IMG/VR virus record: IMGVR_UViG_2534682108_000005 | Coordinates: 1-17,046 of that record | From: a virus | Lineage: Duplodnaviria > Heunggongvirae > Uroviricota > Caudoviricetes | Length of the DNA: 17,046 bases | Strand: one strand, 5' to 3' | Part shown: in pieces, positions 7,184 to 14,856 of the stretch | Layout of the letters: every line of letters starts with the position of its first letter | Numbering within the stretch: the stretch's first letter is position 1 | Program-made: the position numbers and the translations under genes | Notes under the pieces: model-generated | What the model was told of the DNA's origin: nothing | The model's input: only the letters and a program-made list of their open reading frames with translations | The model's database searches: none

Positions 7184-8224
7184 ATGGCTAATGCCTGGCT
7201 CAGATTATGGCATGACATGCCAAATGACCCTAAGTGGCGAACAATTTCCAGGGTGTCAGGACAGCCAATCGCAACAGTGATGGCTGTGTATATCCACCTT
7301 CTGGTGAGCGCGTCACGAAATGTCACGACATGTCACGGCGTGTCACTACGTGGTCACATTGATGTCACAACGGAAGATTTAGCAAGTGCACTTGATGTGA
7401 CGGAAGAAGTAATTGATTCAATTTTGCAGGCGATGCAGGGGCGGGTGCTTGATGGAGATTTAATCACTGGATGGGAAAAACGCCAGGTAGCGAAAGAGGA
7501 TAACGGCAATGTTTCGCAAACCGCGAAATCCCCGGCAGAGCGTAAGAGAGCACAACGCGAGAGGGAAAAATTACGAAAACAGAATGAGGGGTGTCACGAT
7601 GAGTCACGCATATGTCACGACATGTCACTACGAGTCACGACAGATAAAGATACAGATAAAGAATTAAACCCCACACATAACGCGCGCGTGCGCGAGAGTG
7701 CTCCGACCAGTGAATTGAACGGTACGCCGTTGCAGGCAGCGGAACCTGATTACCAGGAAAGCCTGAGCGAACCCATCGGGAAGTTTCCGATGGCCGGTGG
7801 CTGGCATCCGTCGCCGGATTTTCGACGGCGGGCTGCACTGTGGGGAGTGGCTCTGCCGGAGCCTGAATTTACACCTGCTGAACTTGCCGCCTTCAGGGAC
7901 TACTGGGCAGCGGAGGGGAAAGTTTTTACGCAGGTTCAGTGGGAGCAGAAATTCGCCCGTCACGTAAATCACGTCAGGGCGCAGGTTAAACCAGTCAGCA
8001 AGGGGGGGCGTCATTCAGCAGCACCAGGTGGCACCGCATCACGGGCAGTTCGGGAAATTCGGGCAGCACGTGAGCAGTGGGAACGTGAAAACGGATTTGT
8101 CAGCGACGGAAACGGCGTGGAAGCTGTGGGAGCTCATGGGGGAGGTTTATTCAAACCGCTGGACTCAGAAGAACGGGGCCGCACCTTCGAAGCTCTGGAT
8201 TGCCCAGATTGGCGCGATGACTGA
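7184..8224 (+). CDS. Replication initiator (O-like) with a DnaT-like C-terminal region; contains the putative origin iterons
   Basis: N-terminus MANAWLRLWHDMPNDPKWRTI is typical of phage replisome-organiser N-domains. Two clusters of GTCAC repeats lie inside the gene and a P-like gene follows. Start ambiguous between GTG 7178 and ATG 7184. Confidence 0.6.
   Translation: MANAWLRLWHDMPNDPKWRTISRVSGQPIATVMAVYIHLLVSASRNVTTCHGVSLRGHIDVTTEDLASALDVTEEVIDSILQAMQGRVLDGDLITGWEKRQVAKEDNGNVSQTAKSPAERKRAQREREKLRKQNEGCHDESRICHDMSLRVTTDKDTDKELNPTHNARVRESAPTSELNGTPLQAAEPDYQESLSEPIGKFPMAGGWHPSPDFRRRAALWGVALPEPEFTPAELAAFRDYWAAEGKVFTQVQWEQKFARHVNHVRAQVKPVSKGGRHSAAPGGTASRAVREIRAAREQWERENGFVSDGNGVEAVGAHGGGLFKPLDSEERGRTFEALDCPDWRDD
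7312..7368. repeat. Iteron array 1: six GTCAC-core repeats at 10-11 bp spacing
   Basis: cgTCACgaaa tgTCACgaca tgTCACggcg tgTCACtacg tggTCACatt gatgTCAC; cores at 7312, 7322, 7332, 7342, 7353 and 7364. Confidence 0.7.
7593..7670. repeat. Iteron array 2 (five GTCAC-core repeats) followed by an AT-rich tract with a tandem CAGATAAAGA repeat; candidate replication origin
   Basis: GTCAC cores at 7593, 7603, 7614, 7624 and 7633, then cagataaagatacagataaagaattaaa. Direct repeats plus an adjacent AT-rich region inside the initiator gene mirror lambda ori architecture. Confidence 0.6.
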
Positions 8225-8678
8225 ACAGCAAATCCGGCTGGTCTGCCGTCAGTGCATGGACCGCTGCCGGGCGGGTGAAACGTGGCCCCCGGACCTGGCT
8301 GAGTTTGTTGCGCTGATTTCGGAGAGTGGGGCAAATCCATTTGGTCTTACGGTGGATGCCGTGATGGAAGAGTACCGGCGCTGGCGCAATGAATCCTGGC
8401 GGTACGACGGGAGTGATAAATACCCGTGGCCACAGCCTGTGCTGTACCACATTTGCCTCGAGATGCGCACCAGAGGGATTGAACGTCAGATGACTGAAAG
8501 TGAGCTGAAACGACTTGCAGAACGACTGTTGACCAAATGGGCAAAGAATGTTGGTAACGGCATGAGTGTTCCGCCAGTGCGACGACAACTGGAAGGGCCA
8601 AAACACCCGCCAGGGCCAACGCCAATTGAGTTACTGAAACAGGAATATGAGCGCCGGAAAGCGGCTGGTTTTGTCTGA
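8028..8678 (+). CDS. Replication protein P-like (lambda P family, helicase loader)
   Basis: C-terminal half aligns by eye to lambda P (YPWPQPVLYHICLEMRTRG...TESELKRLAERLL versus lambda YPWKSNAHYWLVTNLYQNMR...TDAELRRKAADELV). The ORF begins with GTG at 8028 and overlaps the O-like gene; alternative starts are ATG 8136 and ATG 8217, the latter overlapping the O stop. Confidence 0.6.
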   Translation: MAPHHGQFGKFGQHVSSGNVKTDLSATETAWKLWELMGEVYSNRWTQKNGAAPSKLWIAQIGAMTEQQIRLVCRQCMDRCRAGETWPPDLAEFVALISESGANPFGLTVDAVMEEYRRWRNESWRYDGSDKYPWPQPVLYHICLEMRTRGIERQMTESELKRLAERLLTKWAKNVGNGMSVPPVRRQLEGPKHPPGPTPIELLKQEYERRKAAGFV

Positions 8679-8711
8679 ATTTGAGAAATGATTTTGTCGG
8701 AGGAAATTTTA

Positions 8712-9425
8712 ATGGAAACCGTTTTTGACGCACTGAAAGCACTGAAAAGAGCCTCTTCACAGGAGGTGTCGGCCCGCCTTGGAATCAGCCGCGAAGATGC
8801 TGTCAACGAGCTGTGGAAGCTGAAACGCCGTGGTGAAGCAGATAACAAGGGGTCGATGTGGTGGCTGACGATTGAGGCAACTGAAATGGTCACAAAAACC
8901 ACTGCGGAGATGCTGATTAACGCAATTGAACAGCATGGTCCTCAGTCGGCTGACGAACTGGCGTTAATGTTCGGGATTACCTCCCGCCGGGCGAATTCAA
9001 CGCTGGCAATGGCAATAAGCAAAGGTCGTCTGATTCGAGTAAATCAGAACGGTAAATTTCGTTACTGCCTGCCGGGCGATAATTTACCAGCAGAGCCGAA
9101 AGCTGCATCGGTAACGGAAACTGCTGGTAAAGCCTTTCCTCAGACAGCAGGTGTTGCGTTACCAGTCCGGGAAGCGGAAACACAGGAAGAAATTAAAACT
9201 GAAAGTGTGGCGGTCACAGTGCAGTCACAGCCGTCGTTCACCAGAAAGCATCCGGATAGTCTGATTTTACCATCGCTGCATGTGGCTAACCGCGAACTGC
9301 GCCGGGCAAAAGGTCAGGTTCAGAAGTGGGAGCGAGTCTGTGCTGCGCTGCGTGAGCTGAACAAGCACCAGGATATTGTTCGACAGATTACTGATTCATC
9401 CTGTTGTGTTGCATCAGAAAAGTGA
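8712..9425 (+). CDS. Hypothetical phage protein (237 aa) with two tandem winged-helix-like repeats
   Basis: GGAGG SD 9 nt upstream of the ATG at 8712. Internal repeat pattern L..A......S..ELA..LGIS....A...L.KL...G at residues ~5-50 and ~70-115. No catalytic motif recognised. Confidence 0.5.
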   Translation: METVFDALKALKRASSQEVSARLGISREDAVNELWKLKRRGEADNKGSMWWLTIEATEMVTKTTAEMLINAIEQHGPQSADELALMFGITSRRANSTLAMAISKGRLIRVNQNGKFRYCLPGDNLPAEPKAASVTETAGKAFPQTAGVALPVREAETQEEIKTESVAVTVQSQPSFTRKHPDSLILPSLHVANRELRRAKGQVQKWERVCAALRELNKHQDIVRQITDSSCCVASEK

Positions 9426-9440
9426 TTGCAGGGGACGCTG

Positions 9441-9857
9441 ATGGCAAGAGTATTTACACCAGAAGAGCGGGAAAAAATTAAGGGGCAGGTTGTTGAACTC
9501 GTACGCCAGAGCGGTCGCGAGACGTTACGGCAACTGGAAGCTAAAACAGGTGCAACAAGATATCTGGTGAGCGTTCTCGCCAGAGAGCTGGTTGCCAGTG
9601 GTGATGTATACAACTCTGTCTACGGGTTATTTCCGTCTGAACAGGCTCGTAAGGACTGGCAAAATGCCCGAAAAAAACTCACTAGGGCAAGGGCGAAGAA
9701 ACCCGCTGTGGTTGATCCGGGCCTTATCTGGTCATTAGATGACGGAGAAATACGTCGCTACGACAGGCGTCATAATATAATTTGTAATGAGTGCCGTAAC
9801 AGTGAAGTGATGCAGAGAGTTTTGATATTTTACACAGGAGTAATGATGGAGCAGTGA
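9441..9857 (+). CDS. Hypothetical phage protein (138 aa) with one winged-helix-like segment and a C-terminal Cys-containing tail
   Basis: AGGGGA SD before the ATG at 9441. The segment VELVRQSGRETLRQLEAKTGATRYLVSVLARELVASGDV resembles the repeats of the preceding gene. The 3' end runs into the AT-rich island. Confidence 0.45.
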   Translation: MARVFTPEEREKIKGQVVELVRQSGRETLRQLEAKTGATRYLVSVLARELVASGDVYNSVYGLFPSEQARKDWQNARKKLTRARAKKPAVVDPGLIWSLDDGEIRRYDRRHNIICNECRNSEVMQRVLIFYTGVMMEQ

Positions 9858-10221
9858 AAACAATATGAAATCTTTAGCTTCTGGTATTGTAACAGATGGG
9901 AAAAGTGTAGATATATGGAAATTGCATAGCAATAATTCGCAGCATGGATGCTATTCGTATGTTGATAAAGTGGTCCCAGTATGCGAGTGTAAGAGTTGAA
10001 CCAGTTCCAACTAAGAAATTGGGGGGATAATATAGAAGGTGGCTAAGTGAATGTGCTTATGATTATCTGAAAAACAAATGGAATGTTTTAATGGGTCTAA
10101 GAACACAGCAATGCACAAATTAGGGGTTATCTTTTACTGTGCTTATTAATATGCTCAATGACCCATTAGGATTGGTGTCAGTTATGTTAGCCAGAGTGAT
10201 AAAGTGATTATATCTCTGCTG

Positions 10222-10995
10222 TTATATGCTGAAATGAGTAATACTATTCCAGAGTGCAGCAGCGAAAGTCTCCTGATGATTGAGTTCTGGAAATTGTACG
10301 ACAGAAAAATTACTATATTTTTCTGCTAAAATATTTTTCAAAACAGATTCTGCTTTAATGGCTTCAGGATATAAAGATGTGGAGTAATCAAGGCTAAGAT
10401 CTCCGCTAAGTAAGCATATACTTTTAGTATGCTTTGATTCTGGCATGTCATTTTTTATGATCTTGATGATTCTTTCATCCTGCCATAGAAGTGATGGTGC
10501 TGAGATATAATAATAGTTAAAACATGAATTATTTTTTAAACAATCAAGAACAAAAATAGCACCTAGTGAGTGTCCCCATATACCGAGTTTTGAGGATGTC
10601 GGAACAATGGTGCTGACCCAGGGCATGATCTGAGTTAGCAATAATTCTCGGAAACTCTGACTTCCTCCACCAGTGAAGTAGATCCATGCTGGTTTGGAGT
10701 TATCAATAATAGCATTTTCACCACCAGGAGTGTAATCGTAAGCACGGCGGTGAATATTAAGCTTATCCAAAGATTCGTAACTCAGTGTAACTAACACTGG
10801 TGGATTGGGTAGTGCATCAATAACAGGAAGAATATCAGAAATGTTATTGTTGGCGCTATTTCCATCAAGTATATAAAGAGTTGTATTATTTTTTTTAATG
10901 TTTTTTGGAGTAAAAACGCATATTTTATATTTTGTGTCATAGTTAATTGAGTTAAATATGCGTGTTTGACAATGAATGTCCATGTGTTTAGTCAT
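10222..10995 (-). CDS. Alpha/beta-hydrolase serine esterase (257 aa) in an AT-rich island; cargo gene on the opposite strand
   Basis: GHSLG nucleophile-elbow motif (G-x-S-x-G) in LGIWGHSLGAIFVLDCL, consistent with the esterase D/Fes-like fold. No signal peptide seen. GGGGAG SD upstream. Markedly lower GC than flanking phage genes. Confidence 0.7.
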   Translation of the reverse strand: MTKHMDIHCQTRIFNSINYDTKYKICVFTPKNIKKNNTTLYILDGNSANNNISDILPVIDALPNPPVLVTLSYESLDKLNIHRRAYDYTPGGENAIIDNSKPAWIYFTGGGSQSFRELLLTQIMPWVSTIVPTSSKLGIWGHSLGAIFVLDCLKNNSCFNYYYISAPSLLWQDERIIKIIKNDMPESKHTKSICLLSGDLSLDYSTSLYPEAIKAESVLKNILAEKYSNFSVVQFPELNHQETFAAALWNSITHFSI

Positions 10996-11102
10996 ACGTT
11001 CTCCCCATGAGCATTAAAGGATTATTAAGATATGCTATGTCACTGATGAACAATTTGTTGTATGAATCTAGGTTTTTTATCTACCTCCATTATGATTTAA
11101 TC

Positions 11103-11121
11103 GCTGATATATGTTATCAGC
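11103..11121. promoter_or_regulatory. Inverted repeat GCTGATA-n5-TATCAGC in the promoter region of the esterase gene
   Basis: 7-bp perfect inverted arms separated by 5 bp, about 110 bp upstream of the esterase start, next to a candidate -10 (CATAAT on the minus strand). Confidence 0.4.
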
Positions 11122-11699
11122 AAAGGTACATCGTTACTGTTTTACTTGTCAATACATTTGATATTGATTCTCGTTCGCATCGTTTGTTCAGGGATTTGAA
11201 GACAGATAACTGCTATGTCAATGAACCAACCCACAGTCCAACGTACTTCAGCAAAATATGGCGTCGGGATATAGCACCCTGATATTCACCACGGCAAACA
11301 CACGCCGAGAGTGTTTTTTTATCGTCGTATGTACGTGCACATCTGAATAATGGCAGGCGAATGTGATAGCCGAAAAGCTCACCGTGCGGTGATCCGGTAG
11401 TTTCACCCTGTACGTCTCATAACCCGATGATTGAGACCTTAAGCAAAACAATAACAAGGGAGCGTCATTATGACCACTCAAACTGATTTCATATTGGCGA
11501 TGTAATGGGAAGTTAAGTAGAATGGCAGCGGGTGCTTGAGGCTATCTGTCTCAGGCATGAACACCAAAAGGCAGATAGAGAAAAGCCCCAGTTAACATTG
11601 CGCGTCCGGCAAGACGCTTAACATTAATCTGAGGCCATATCTATGCTCTACACACGTAGGTTAGCCTCTTACGTGCCGAAAGGCAAGGAGAAGCAGGCT

Positions 11700-11855
11700 A
11701 TGAAGCAGCAAAAGGCGATGCTAATCGCCCTGATCGTCATCTGTTTAACCGTCATTGTGACGGCACTGGTAACGAGGAAAGACCTCTGCGAGGTATGAAT
11801 CCGAACCGGCCAGACGGAGGTCGCTGTCTTCACAGTCTACGAACCTGAGGAGTAA
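11700..11855 (+). pseudogene. hokD: hok/gef-family type I toxin gene (HokD/RelF-like) interrupted by an in-frame TGA at codon 33
   Basis: Translation MKQQKAMLIALIVICLTVIVTALVTRKDLCEV, then TGA at 11796-11798, then in frame IRTGQTEVAVFTVYEPEE and TAA at 11853-11855. This matches HokD as I recall it, with the stop where Arg is expected. AGGAG SD 9 nt upstream. Structured leader (CTATCTG...CAGATAG) upstream and a 3' stem-loop at 11862-11884. Confidence 0.7.
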
Positions 11856-11923
11856 GAGACCAGGCGGGGGAGAAATCTCCCGCCACCTCTGATGTGTCAG
11901 GCATCCTCAACGCACCCGCGCTT

Positions 11924-11950
11924 AACCCGCTTCGTCGGGTTTTGTTTTTT
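11924..11950 (+). terminator. Rho-independent terminator downstream of the hok locus
   Basis: Stem AACCCG, 6-nt loop, stem CGGGTT, followed by TTTTGTTTTTT. Confidence 0.6.
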
Positions 11951-12022
11951 CCTGGCATTCTGGTTTACAATTCGCACGTCAGCCTGAACAACTGGCACCT
12001 GCTGCGCCAGCAGAGACAACCG

Positions 12023-12301
12023 ATGGCGCACGATACCAAATCACACAATTCTGATAATTCAGCCGTCTTTGCCAGCAGGCACGGGCGGCGTTTGCACGCA
12101 TTTAAAACTCGCTGGTATCAGCACCCTCCATGCACTGAAGAACAGGCTGAATGGCTAATTCAGAGCTACCGCAGACGTGGCTATGAGGTTCAGAAAGATC
12201 TCAGCCTCGACCGACTGCACTGGATAATCTCTGTGAGGCTCCCTTACTCCGAGCGCCCACCGCGTCCATCCCGCACATTCCAGCAACGTATCTGGAGGTA
12301 A
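12023..12301 (+). CDS. Hypothetical protein (92 aa) in the position occupied by rem in Qin
   Basis: The ORF track extends it to a GTG at 11894, but that region contains the terminator; the first ATG is at 12023. Its stop is adjacent to the next gene's start. No motif recognised. Confidence 0.4.
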   Translation: MAHDTKSHNSDNSAVFASRHGRRLHAFKTRWYQHPPCTEEQAEWLIQSYRRRGYEVQKDLSLDRLHWIISVRLPYSERPPRPSRTFQQRIWR

Positions 12302-12302
12302 C

Positions 12303-13352
12303 GTGCGGGTATTACTTCGACCTGTTCTTGTGCCAGAACTCGGGCTGGTGATCGTTAAGCCGGGCCATGAATCCATGCCGGTATTCCAAAATACCCGGGT
12401 ACTGGTGGAGCCGGAACCGAAAAGCATGCGTAATCTGCCGTCCGGGGTCGTTCCTGCCGTTCGCCAGCCGCTGGCGGAGGATAAATCATTACTGCCATTT
12501 TTCAGCGACGAACGAGTGATTCGTGCTGCTGGTGGCGCTGGCGCATTGTCTGACTGGTTACTGCGCCATGTTAAATCCTGCCAGTGGCCACACGGCGATT
12601 ATCACCACAGTGAAACCGTCATTCACCGTTATGGCGCTGGCGCGATGGTGTTGTGCTGGCACTGTGACAACCAGCTGCGTGACCAGACATCCGAATCACT
12701 CGGGCAACTTGCTCATCAAAACCTGTCAGCATGGATGATTGACGTCATACGCCATGCAATGAATGGCACGCAGGAGCGGGAATTGTCGCTGGCTGAATTA
12801 TCCTGGTGGGCGGTCTGCAATCAGGTGGCGGACGCGCTTCCGGAGGCAGTATTACGTCGTTCTCTGGGGTTACGTGCGGAAAAAATCCGCTCGGTGTATC
12901 GCGAAAGCGACATCATACCGGGAGAGCAGACCGCCACCAGCATACTGAAGCAGCGCACAAAAAATATTGCGCCGCCGTCTCACGCCCGCCAGCAACAGAA
13001 CCCACCACAGGAAAAGACGGTGGTATGCATCACCGTTGATCCGGAGTCTCCGGAATCTTTCATGAGGCGACCTAAACGTCGCCGTTGGGTAAATGAGAAA
13101 TATACGCGCTGGGTGAAGACACAGCCGTGTGCGTGTTGTGGTCAGCCAGCCGACGATCCCCATCACCTGATTGGTCACGGTCAGGGAGGGATGGGAACAA
13201 AGGCCCACGATATTTTCACGCTACCGTTGTGCCGGGAACATCACAACGAACTTCATGCGGATCCGCTGGCGTTCGAAGAAAAGCATGGTTCTCAGATTGA
13301 TTTAATTTTTCGTTTTCTTGATCACGCCTTTGCAACTGGCGTGCTTGGGTAA
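12303..13352 (+). CDS. ydfU: DUF968-like protein (349 aa), YdfU-like, with a C-terminal Cys/His-rich putative nuclease or zinc-binding motif
   Basis: GTG start with a GGAGG SD 4 nt upstream. C-terminus PCACCGQPADDPHHLIGHGQGG...LCREHHNELH. Size and position before rusA and Q match Qin ydfU as I recall it. Confidence 0.6.
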   Translation: MRVLLRPVLVPELGLVIVKPGHESMPVFQNTRVLVEPEPKSMRNLPSGVVPAVRQPLAEDKSLLPFFSDERVIRAAGGAGALSDWLLRHVKSCQWPHGDYHHSETVIHRYGAGAMVLCWHCDNQLRDQTSESLGQLAHQNLSAWMIDVIRHAMNGTQERELSLAELSWWAVCNQVADALPEAVLRRSLGLRAEKIRSVYRESDIIPGEQTATSILKQRTKNIAPPSHARQQQNPPQEKTVVCITVDPESPESFMRRPKRRRWVNEKYTRWVKTQPCACCGQPADDPHHLIGHGQGGMGTKAHDIFTLPLCREHHNELHADPLAFEEKHGSQIDLIFRFLDHAFATGVLG

Positions 13353-13364
13353 AAGAGGTGACTG

Positions 13365-13724
13365 ATGCTCATAGATTTGGTTTTACCTTACCCGCCGACG
13401 GTGAACACTTACTGGCGACGCCGTGGCAGCACATATTTTATCTCGGAGGAGGGAAAGCGTTATCGCCGGGCTGTGGCGCTTATTGTTCGCCAGCAGCGGC
13501 TGAAATTAAGCCTGTCCGGAAGGCTGGTGATAAAGGTGATTGCAGAGCCACCGGATAAGCGTCGTCGCGACCTGGACAACATTCTGAAAGCACCGCTGGA
13601 TGCGCTGACGCATGCGGGAGTGCTCATTGATGACGAGCAGTTTGATGAAATCAATATTGTACGTGGTCAGCCAGTATCTGGTGGACGGCTGGGTGTGAAG
13701 ATTTACAAAATTGAGAGTGAGTGA
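13365..13724 (+). CDS. rusA: Holliday-junction resolvase RusA
   Basis: 119 aa with VIAEPPDKRRRDLDNILKAPLDALTHAGVLIDDEQ, matching the RusA catalytic region (DRRRRDLDN...DALT). Position before Q as in DLP12/82-type prophages. Confidence 0.85.
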   Translation: MLIDLVLPYPPTVNTYWRRRGSTYFISEEGKRYRRAVALIVRQQRLKLSLSGRLVIKVIAEPPDKRRRDLDNILKAPLDALTHAGVLIDDEQFDEINIVRGQPVSGGRLGVKIYKIESE

Positions 13725-13732
13725 GCGTAAAT

Positions 13733-14284
13733 ATGATATATCCGGAAATTACAGGCAAAAGCGGCGAACATTTACGCCTGAACACGCTGGAAGCAGTCTG
13801 GATCCAGGGGAAATTACGGATGTGGGGGCGGTGGTCGTATATCGGTGGGGGTAAATCCGGAAATATGTTTAACCGGTTACTGGTTTCGAAAAAGCTGACG
13901 AAAACAGCAGTTAATGAGGTTTTGCGCAGAATGAAGAAATCCGGGCTGGAAAAACCGGAACTTGAGGCATTTTTTCGGGATATGACAAGAGGAAAGCAGA
14001 AGAGCTGGTTGTCACATTGTACAGACACAGAGGCGTTGATTATTGATCGCGTTATCAGTAAGGTGCTTGGGGAATATCCTGGACTAATCAATGTTCTCCG
14101 GCAAAGGTACGAAGGACGGGGAATGAGCAAACTGAAAATGGCCGAAAGGTTAAATGCAGATCATCCTGATTGGTCGTTGGTTACGTGCAGACGCCGAATT
14201 GATCAATGGTTGGGGGTATCTGAATTTATGTTATATGCCCCCATGCGCATGGCTTTTGTTACAGAGAAAAATGTTGCAAACTGA
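13733..14284 (+). CDS. Late-gene antiterminator Q-like protein
   Basis: Position immediately after rusA and before a promoter-plus-terminator pair. A WGRWS motif loosely resembles Q-family proteins. Start may be GTG 13721, overlapping the rusA stop. Confidence 0.5.
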   Translation: MIYPEITGKSGEHLRLNTLEAVWIQGKLRMWGRWSYIGGGKSGNMFNRLLVSKKLTKTAVNEVLRRMKKSGLEKPELEAFFRDMTRGKQKSWLSHCTDTEALIIDRVISKVLGEYPGLINVLRQRYEGRGMSKLKMAERLNADHPDWSLVTCRRRIDQWLGVSEFMLYAPMRMAFVTEKNVAN

Positions 14285-14311
14285 TCAATAAACTGCTTCA
14301 ATCCGTATAAG
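14282..14311 (+). promoter_or_regulatory. Candidate late promoter (pR'-like): -35 TGATCA, 18-bp spacer, -10 TATAAG
   Basis: Sigma70-like hexamers directly after the Q-like stop, followed about 50-70 nt later by an intrinsic terminator; the lambdoid pR'/tR' arrangement. Confidence 0.4.
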
Positions 14312-14364
14312 CTTCGCAAAGCTGTATCGCGAGGCGAAACGCAAGTTTTTTTCGCAAAAGGAAG

Positions 14365-14385
14365 CCACCGGAAGGTGGTTTTTTT
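14365..14385 (+). terminator. Rho-independent terminator (tR'-like) downstream of the candidate late promoter
   Basis: Stem CCACC, loop GGAA, stem GGTGG, followed by TTTTTTT. Confidence 0.65.
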
Positions 14386-14508
14386 GTGTCCGCGATATAC
14401 AGTAGCGCAATAAATTCGCTGGTGGTTATTAATACCGTTCTTTCAGCTTGCTGGCTTTTTCGACAAGAGTTATTGGTGTGTCACGTTAACCGGAAAAGGG
14501 AAAAAGAC

Positions 14509-14706
14509 ATGCTAAAACAGCAGGATATGACAGAAACCGCCAGAGTGGTGTTTAATGAATTAAGCGTTACCGAACCGGCGACAGTCGGGGAGATAGCGCA
14601 GAATACTTACCTTTCACGCGAACGCTGCCAGTTAATACTGACCCAGCTTGTTATGGCGGGTCTGGCAGACTATCAGTTCGGTTGTTACAGACGCCTTCAG
14701 TCCTGA
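14509..14706 (+). CDS. Small putative winged-helix DNA-binding protein (65 aa)
   Basis: First ATG with a purine-rich SD (AAAGGGAAAAAG). The segment VVFNELSVTEPATVGEIAQNTYLSRERCQLILTQLVMAGLAD resembles the wH repeats in the post-P genes. Followed by a terminator. Confidence 0.4.
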   Translation: MLKQQDMTETARVVFNELSVTEPATVGEIAQNTYLSRERCQLILTQLVMAGLADYQFGCYRRLQS

Positions 14707-14715
14707 AGGCTTTTT
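14692..14715 (+). terminator. Rho-independent terminator
   Basis: Stem GCCTTCA, 4-nt loop, stem TGAAGGC, followed by TTTTTTATTT, overlapping the stop of the small gene. Confidence 0.6.
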
Positions 14716-14856
14716 TATTTGTGGTAAATGGGCGGCTGGTGGGTGTTAGGGGCACTCACCAGCCATCTGCTCATGCGTCTGGATCACAAGCAAACCTCAG
14801 GCCCATTGCTTTGCGCAAAAGCAGAATGAGCCTATCAGAGACAAGCTTAATGATCC

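Noticed and set aside
7312-7637. Possible CRISPR array suggested by regularly spaced GTCAC repeats
   Set aside because: The repeat unit is only about 10 bp with no unique spacers of CRISPR length and no cas genes; the repeats lie inside a replication-initiator gene and fit iterons.
7635-8606. Several minus-strand ORFs (67-151 aa) overlapping the O-like and P-like genes
   Set aside because: Antisense to genes with clear homology signals; Pro/Arg/Ser-rich translations typical of reverse frames of GC-rich coding sequence.
9865-9999. 44-aa plus-strand ORF at the left edge of the AT-rich island
   Set aside because: Weak, distant SD, and the length is within what is expected by chance in AT-rich DNA; it could be real cargo but the sequence alone does not support a call.
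11248-11481. 77-aa minus-strand ORF with a faint RelE-like pattern (SSGYETYRV), as a possible relE remnant upstream of hok
   Set aside because: Wrong strand for a relBE-hok arrangement; the similarity is a few residues and no antitoxin partner is present. A tiny 11-aa plus-strand ORF with a strong SD at 11470-11505 was also judged too short to call.
12523-13208. Overlapping 60-110 aa ORFs on both strands within the DUF968-like gene
   Set aside because: Nested in a 349-aa ORF with a conserved C-terminal Cys/His motif; they have no independent support.
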